In this document: one piece after another, positions 59,566 through 64,000 of the stretch
How the letters are laid out: every line of letters begins with the position of its first letter
Numbering within the stretch: position 1 is the stretch's first letter
NCBI GenBank assembly: GCA_041690395.1
Contig: JAWLHJ010000002.1
Location: 32,001 to 96,000 of the forward strand
Source: Longimicrobiales bacterium
GTDB taxonomy: Bacteria; Gemmatimonadota; Gemmatimonadetes; Longimicrobiales; Gaopeijiaceae
Reading direction: 5' to 3'
DNA: 64,000 bases
Program-made: the position numbers and the translations under genes
Notes under the pieces: model-generated
Told to the model about the DNA's origin: nothing
The model's database searches: none
What the model saw: only the letters and a program-made list of their open reading frames with translations

Positions 59566-60675
59566 ATGACTGCCATAGAACGGATCGACCTGTTGTCGCT
59601 CACCCCGGACCAGCTCCGGGACGAGCTCTCCGCGTACTTTTCCGAGCGGGGCCAGCCCGCCTACCGGGTCGGTCAGGTGGAGCGCTGGATCTGGGAAGGG
59701 CTCGCCGGCGACCTCGCGGAGATGACCGACCTTCCCGCCGCCGAGCGCGACGCGATGGCGGAGCGCTACACGCTGGCCGAGCCCGAGACGGCCAAGGTGG
59801 CCGTGAGCGCGGACGGTACGGTCAAGCACCTGTGGCGCCTCTCCGACGGCGAGCTCGTGGAGTCCGTGCTGATCCCGACCGAGACGCGCCTCACGCTGTG
59901 CATCTCTTCGCAGGCGGGGTGCGCCATGGGATGCACGTTCTGCGCGACCGGGTGGGGCGGCTTCGCCCGGCAGCTCACGCCGGGAGAGATCGTCTCCCAG
60001 TACCGGGTGTCGCGCCGCTGGGCCGAGGAGGACGGCCGCGGACCCATCACGAACATCGTGTTCATGGGCATGGGCGAGCCCCTCTCGAACCGGAAGGCGC
60101 TCCATCCTGCCCTGACGATCCTGAACCACGGCTACGGCGTCGGCGCCCGCCGGATCACGGTCTCGACCGTCGGCGTGGTGCCAGGGATCCTCGAGCTGGC
60201 CGATCGGCCCGAGCAGTTCGGGCTGGCCGTCTCGCTGCACGCCCCCGAGAGCGAGCTGCGCCGGGAGCTGATCCCCCTGGAGAAGCGACACCCCCTGCCG
60301 GAGCTCATGGAAGCGCTCAGGGCGTTCGACGCGCGTGGCGGCAGGCGCATCACCTTCGAGTACACGATGATCGACGGCGTCAACGACGACCTCGAGCTCG
60401 CGCCCAAGCTCGCGGACCTCGCGGGAGAGGCGGGCGGGGCGTTCGTGAATCTGATCCCCTTCAACCCCATCCCCTACCAGGACTGGAAGCCCTCGCCCAT
60501 GGCGCGAATCCGCCAGTTCGCGGACATACTGGACGCTCGCGGCGTGTCGGCGGCCGTACGGGAGACCCGGGGCCGTGACATCGACGCCGCCTGCGGACAG
60601 CTCCGCGGGCACGTCCTCACGCAGATCGAGGGGGCGAAGGGGACGGCGGTGAAGGGCGCGGCCGCGGACGGTTAG
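59566..60675 (+). CDS. rlmN: 23S rRNA/tRNA m2A methyltransferase RlmN (radical SAM)
   Basis: CISSQAGCAMGCTFC, MGMGEP, SLHAP, NLIPFNP, DIDAACGQL. Confidence 0.96.
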   Translation: MTAIERIDLLSLTPDQLRDELSAYFSERGQPAYRVGQVERWIWEGLAGDLAEMTDLPAAERDAMAERYTLAEPETAKVAVSADGTVKHLWRLSDGELVESVLIPTETRLTLCISSQAGCAMGCTFCATGWGGFARQLTPGEIVSQYRVSRRWAEEDGRGPITNIVFMGMGEPLSNRKALHPALTILNHGYGVGARRITVSTVGVVPGILELADRPEQFGLAVSLHAPESELRRELIPLEKRHPLPELMEALRAFDARGGRRITFEYTMIDGVNDDLELAPKLADLAGEAGGAFVNLIPFNPIPYQDWKPSPMARIRQFADILDARGVSAAVRETRGRDIDAACGQLRGHVLTQIEGAKGTAVKGAAADG

Positions 60676-61442
60676 TCGATCGGCCGCCCGATCCGGTTCC
60701 AGCGAACTTCCCGCAGCGCCGGGAACGGCCGGTACGAGTCGCGGTTGTACGAGTAGTAGGTGAACACCGCCCGGCCCTCCAGACGCCACCGCTCGAGCAG
60801 CCCCCAGTAGCGCGAATCGAGGCTCCGCTCGCGATTGTCGCCCAGCATGAAGTAACGGTCCTCGGGAATGACGATAGGACCCCAATTGTCACGCGTCGGC
60901 GCATACGTCGCGGCGTCGGTGCCCGCCGGCAGGTGATCCCTCTGCCAGGACATCCAGGGGTGCCGCTCGTCCTCGACCGGGTCGTGCCGAACGTACGGCT
61001 CGTCGATCTGCTCGCCGTTCACGAAAAGTAGCCGGTCGCGCATCTCGAGCGTGTCGCCAGGGAGTCCGATCAGCCTCTTGATGAGCATCAGCGTTTCCTC
61101 GTGGGGCGGATCGAACACGAGGATGTCTCCCCGGCGCGGCTCCGAGTACCCCGGGATCCGGAGGCCGATGACCGGGACTCGCGATCCCATCGCGGCGCGG
61201 TTCACGAGGAGCATGTCTCCCACCAGGAGCGTGTCCTCCATGGACCCCGACGTGATGACGAAGGTCTGCACGATGAACGTGCGCAGGACGAAGAAGAGGA
61301 GAAGCGCGACCCCGAGCGATTTCAGCCACTCGACCGCCGAGCCGCGTCCGGGCGGTTCGTCCTTGGCGCCGCGACGCCGCGACTTCCGGGTATCCCCCTT
61401 GTCGGGACGGCCTCGGCCCTTGCTGGTCGCGGATTTCGCCAT
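60672..61442 (-). CDS. lepB: Signal peptidase I
   Basis: SGSMEDTL, IKRLIGLPGD, GDNRERSLDSRYWG. Confidence 0.95.
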   Translation of the reverse strand: MAKSATSKGRGRPDKGDTRKSRRRGAKDEPPGRGSAVEWLKSLGVALLLFFVLRTFIVQTFVITSGSMEDTLLVGDMLLVNRAAMGSRVPVIGLRIPGYSEPRRGDILVFDPPHEETLMLIKRLIGLPGDTLEMRDRLLFVNGEQIDEPYVRHDPVEDERHPWMSWQRDHLPAGTDAATYAPTRDNWGPIVIPEDRYFMLGDNRERSLDSRYWGLLERWRLEGRAVFTYYSYNRDSYRPFPALREVRWNRIGRPID

Positions 61443-61505
61443 CGTCTCGGATCTGCTCTGCGCTGGGATGCTTGAAAGGAGCGCGCCTGTGGTCCGCGCG
61501 CGGGG

Positions 61506-61982
61506 TCAGGGCTGCTCGGGAAGCGGACCGGCGGCGTCCGGCGGGCGCCAGTCGCGTCCGAGGATGACCGAGAGGTCCACGTAGCGATCCGGATCCGGAT
61601 CGCTCCGGACGATATCGATTCCGAGCACCGCCGCAACGCCCTCGGCGAAGTCCGAGCGGCGCGCGCGCTCCACGACTTCCGATGTCTCGTGATCGAACGA
61701 GGGGGCGTTACCGAAGTACACGACGTCGTAGCCCGCCGCCCGCGCCAACTCGGTGGCCTGACGGGCCGCGCCCGGGACGCCTCCGCCATTGAGGATCTCG
61801 ACCCTCACGCGCTCGCCGGGCGCGGGGAGGGTCCGGGGCTCTCCGGCCGGATCCGTGGACGCCGTGTTGATGGCGAAGTACGCCATGCCGACCACGCCGA
61901 CCGCGGTCGCGACCGCCCATGCGAGCCCGGCCCGGGTTCCTCGCCCACGGCCTGTGAGGCGCCGTCCGCGTCGGCGGCTCAT
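61506..61982 (-). CDS. LytR C-terminal domain membrane-anchored protein
   Basis: TM segment then VEILNGGGVPGAA, GNA, VILGRDW. Confidence 0.85.
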   Translation of the reverse strand: MSRRRGRRLTGRGRGTRAGLAWAVATAVGVVGMAYFAINTASTDPAGEPRTLPAPGERVRVEILNGGGVPGAARQATELARAAGYDVVYFGNAPSFDHETSEVVERARRSDFAEGVAAVLGIDIVRSDPDPDRYVDLSVILGRDWRPPDAAGPLPEQP

Positions 61983-62572
61983 GCTACGCCGGCCGTCCGC
62001 TCGTCGAGCACGACGTTCCAGAACGCCACGGTCGGCTCCAGCAGCCGCACCCCGCAGTCGACGAGGTGACGAATGCGCGAGCCCAGGATCTCGCGTGTCA
62101 CCTCGGCGATCTCATCGGGCATGCGCGCTCGAAGCTCCGCGCGCCACCCGGTCAGGAACGGTCGGCCTGGCTCCAGAAAGTCGGCCGCGTAGAGCCCCCG
62201 TCCCATGCGGTCGAGGTCCGGGTGGCCGACCGTGTGGTAGGCGACCGCCCGCAGCAGCGACTCGTCGCGAACACCCTCGGAGCGGAGGCGCTCTGCCGCG
62301 GCCGGGCCGTGCAGGACCGGCCCCGGCAGCGACTCGTAGCGTTCGGGGAGCTCCGCCCGCAGCTCGGCGGGGTCGACTTCCCGCAGGGCGTCGTGCAGAT
62401 AGGCGGCGGCCCGCCAGCGGGCGCGGTCCCGGTCGTCCAGCCGCAACGCTCGGCCCCACGACTCCATGAGCTCGGCGACGCGCTCGATGTGGGCGAGGCG
62501 CTCGGAGCCTACGCGCGCCCACTCAGGGAGCACGCCCTCCGCCGCCGCCGCCACCCGCTCGTGTAGGACCAT
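61979..62572 (-). CDS. HD-domain hydrolase, YqeK-like (symmetric Ap4A hydrolase family)
   Basis: HIERV, YLHD, LHG, AYHTVG, LYAADFLEPGR. Confidence 0.8.
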   Translation of the reverse strand: MVLHERVAAAAEGVLPEWARVGSERLAHIERVAELMESWGRALRLDDRDRARWRAAAYLHDALREVDPAELRAELPERYESLPGPVLHGPAAAERLRSEGVRDESLLRAVAYHTVGHPDLDRMGRGLYAADFLEPGRPFLTGWRAELRARMPDEIAEVTREILGSRIRHLVDCGVRLLEPTVAFWNVVLDERTAGVA

Positions 62573-62714
62573 GCCTGTTTTGCCGCTCCCCGTGATCGAT
62601 GCGCTCCCGACCCGCTAAGATGGGTCCGGGGTCGGGGCGATGGGTAGTCCCGCCCGCCGCGCGGCTCGCGAGGCGCCCCGGCACCCTACCTCCGGCGCGG
62701 GTTACCAGGCGGTC

Positions 62715-64000
62715 ATGTCGATTCGATGGGACGCCCTTCTGGTGAGAGAGACGGCACGGGAGCTCGAGCGCGAGCTTTCGGGTGCCGAGCTGCGCGCCTT
62801 CAGGCTGGACGGCGCCGAGCGGGACCTCTTCCTGCTCTTCCGCGACCGGACGCTGATCTGGCGCCTGCATCCGAGTCGTGGGCATCTCGTCGTTCGCGAC
62901 CCGACGCCCCCGGGCCCCAACGACCTCAAGCATGCCGCCCGCGTCCGCCGGGTGGTCTCACCGCCCGACGAGCGGCTGATCCGCATCGAGCTCCTGCCCA
63001 AGCGGAGCGGCCCGCCCAGGGACCTGATCGTGGAGCTGCTCGGCAACCAGTGGAACGCCATCGTCGTCGAGGCCGCCTCCCGAACGGTGCGGCACGTTCT
63101 CTGGTCGCGGGATACCGGACGGGGACACCGGGTGGGCGCGACCTGGGAGCCACCCGACGCCCAGCCCCGTGCCGGCGTCGACGGGGAGCTCGGGCGCGAC
63201 GCATGGCTCGCGCTCCTGGAGACCCACGCGCCGGCGGCCAGGGCCCGGGCGCTCGTGCGGAGCGTAGCCTGGACGTCACCCTTGAACGCGCCCGCGCTGC
63301 TGGGCCGGGACCTGGAGGACCTCCCGGAACGCGAATGCCTCGTACGGGGGCACGAGCGATGGCTCGCCTGGGTGCGGGACGACACGTCCGACGGGCCCGT
63401 CCTGCTCCACACCGATGGCGGGCAGCCGTATCCGGTTCCGGTGCCCGGGATCACGAGCCACCGCGTCGCCACGCTGCTGGACGGCTTCGAGGCCGCCGCC
63501 ACGGACAGGGATCGCGGTGGGGCCGAGGCGCCCTCCCTGGTCGATCCGGAGCTCGTGCGCCGCCTAGAGCACGCGTCCGAGCGCGCGAGCCGACGGGTCG
63601 CGCAGTTGACGCGCGAGCTCGACGGCCTGGGCGACGAGGGCGCTCTCCGGGCGACCGGCGATCTGATCCTGGCACGCTACGGCGACGTCGCCCGCGGCAA
63701 GGAGGAGGCCGTCCTCGTCGACTTCGAGGGAGCCGAGGTTCGTGTGGAGCTCGACCCGGAGCTGGAGCCACACGAGAACGCAGCACGCTACTACGATCGC
63801 GCGACGCGAGTCGAGCGGGCTCACGAGCGGCTTCCGGCGCTCATCGAGAAGGCGGCACGGGAGGCGGACGCGCTCGACGACCTCCTCGGGCGTGCCCGGA
63901 CCGGGGAGGCGACACCCGAAGAGTTGGTGGCGGCCGTACCGTCCTCACCGGGGCCGCCCTCGGGCGGCGGCGAAGAACAGTCCACCCTGCCCTACCGGAC
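62715..64000 (+). CDS. NFACT/RqcH (FbpA family) ribosome quality-control protein (C-terminus runs off the window edge)
   Basis: Translated by hand: MSIRWDALLVRETAREL...DERLIRIEL...IVELLGNQWNAIVV...GDLILA...LDPELEPHENAARYY. Confidence 0.82.
   Translation, partial: MSIRWDALLVRETARELERELSGAELRAFRLDGAERDLFLLFRDRTLIWRLHPSRGHLVVRDPTPPGPNDLKHAARVRRVVSPPDERLIRIELLPKRSGPPRDLIVELLGNQWNAIVVEAASRTVRHVLWSRDTGRGHRVGATWEPPDAQPRAGVDGELGRDAWLALLETHAPAARARALVRSVAWTSPLNAPALLGRDLEDLPERECLVRGHERWLAWVRDDTSDGPVLLHTDGGQPYPVPVPGITSHRVATLLDGFEAAATDRDRGGAEAPSLVDPELVRRLEHASERASRRVAQLTRELDGLGDEGALRATGDLILARYGDVARGKEEAVLVDFEGAEVRVELDPELEPHENAARYYDRATRVERAHERLPALIEKAAREADALDDLLGRARTGEATPEELVAAVPSSPGPPSGGGEEQSTLPYR

Overview
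High-GC (about 70%) bacterial chromosome window. The gene content and SusC/SusD style suggest Gemmatimonadota, but this is an inference. Most of it is housekeeping and metabolism: gltA / tRNA-Leu(CAA) / acnA, an nfeD-floA operon, an acyl-CoA beta-oxidation cluster ending in chorismate mutase, rne-rplU-rpmA, aspS-phoH-pgpH-ybeY-mgtE-aarF, rlmN, lepB, yqeK and rqcH. Almost all genes from 14.5 to 59.4 kb lie on the minus strand. Four things stand out. (1) A ~21 kb SusC/SusD locus surrounded only by secreted peptidases and two paralogous VPS10-like beta-propeller proteins, translationally coupled to a threonine dehydratase, which looks like a peptide-utilisation locus. (2) A split B12-dependent mutase with isobutyryl-CoA-mutase-type residues; its two subunit genes bracket that locus, and the small subunit leads an MCC-beta/AtuA/hydratase operon. 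(3) A 305-bp non-coding, highly structured element with perfect 32-bp terminal inverted repeats sitting on the aarF stop codon. (4) A BoxC-N-domain-like stand-alone crotonase. No CRISPR array, rRNA, transposase or prophage was seen.
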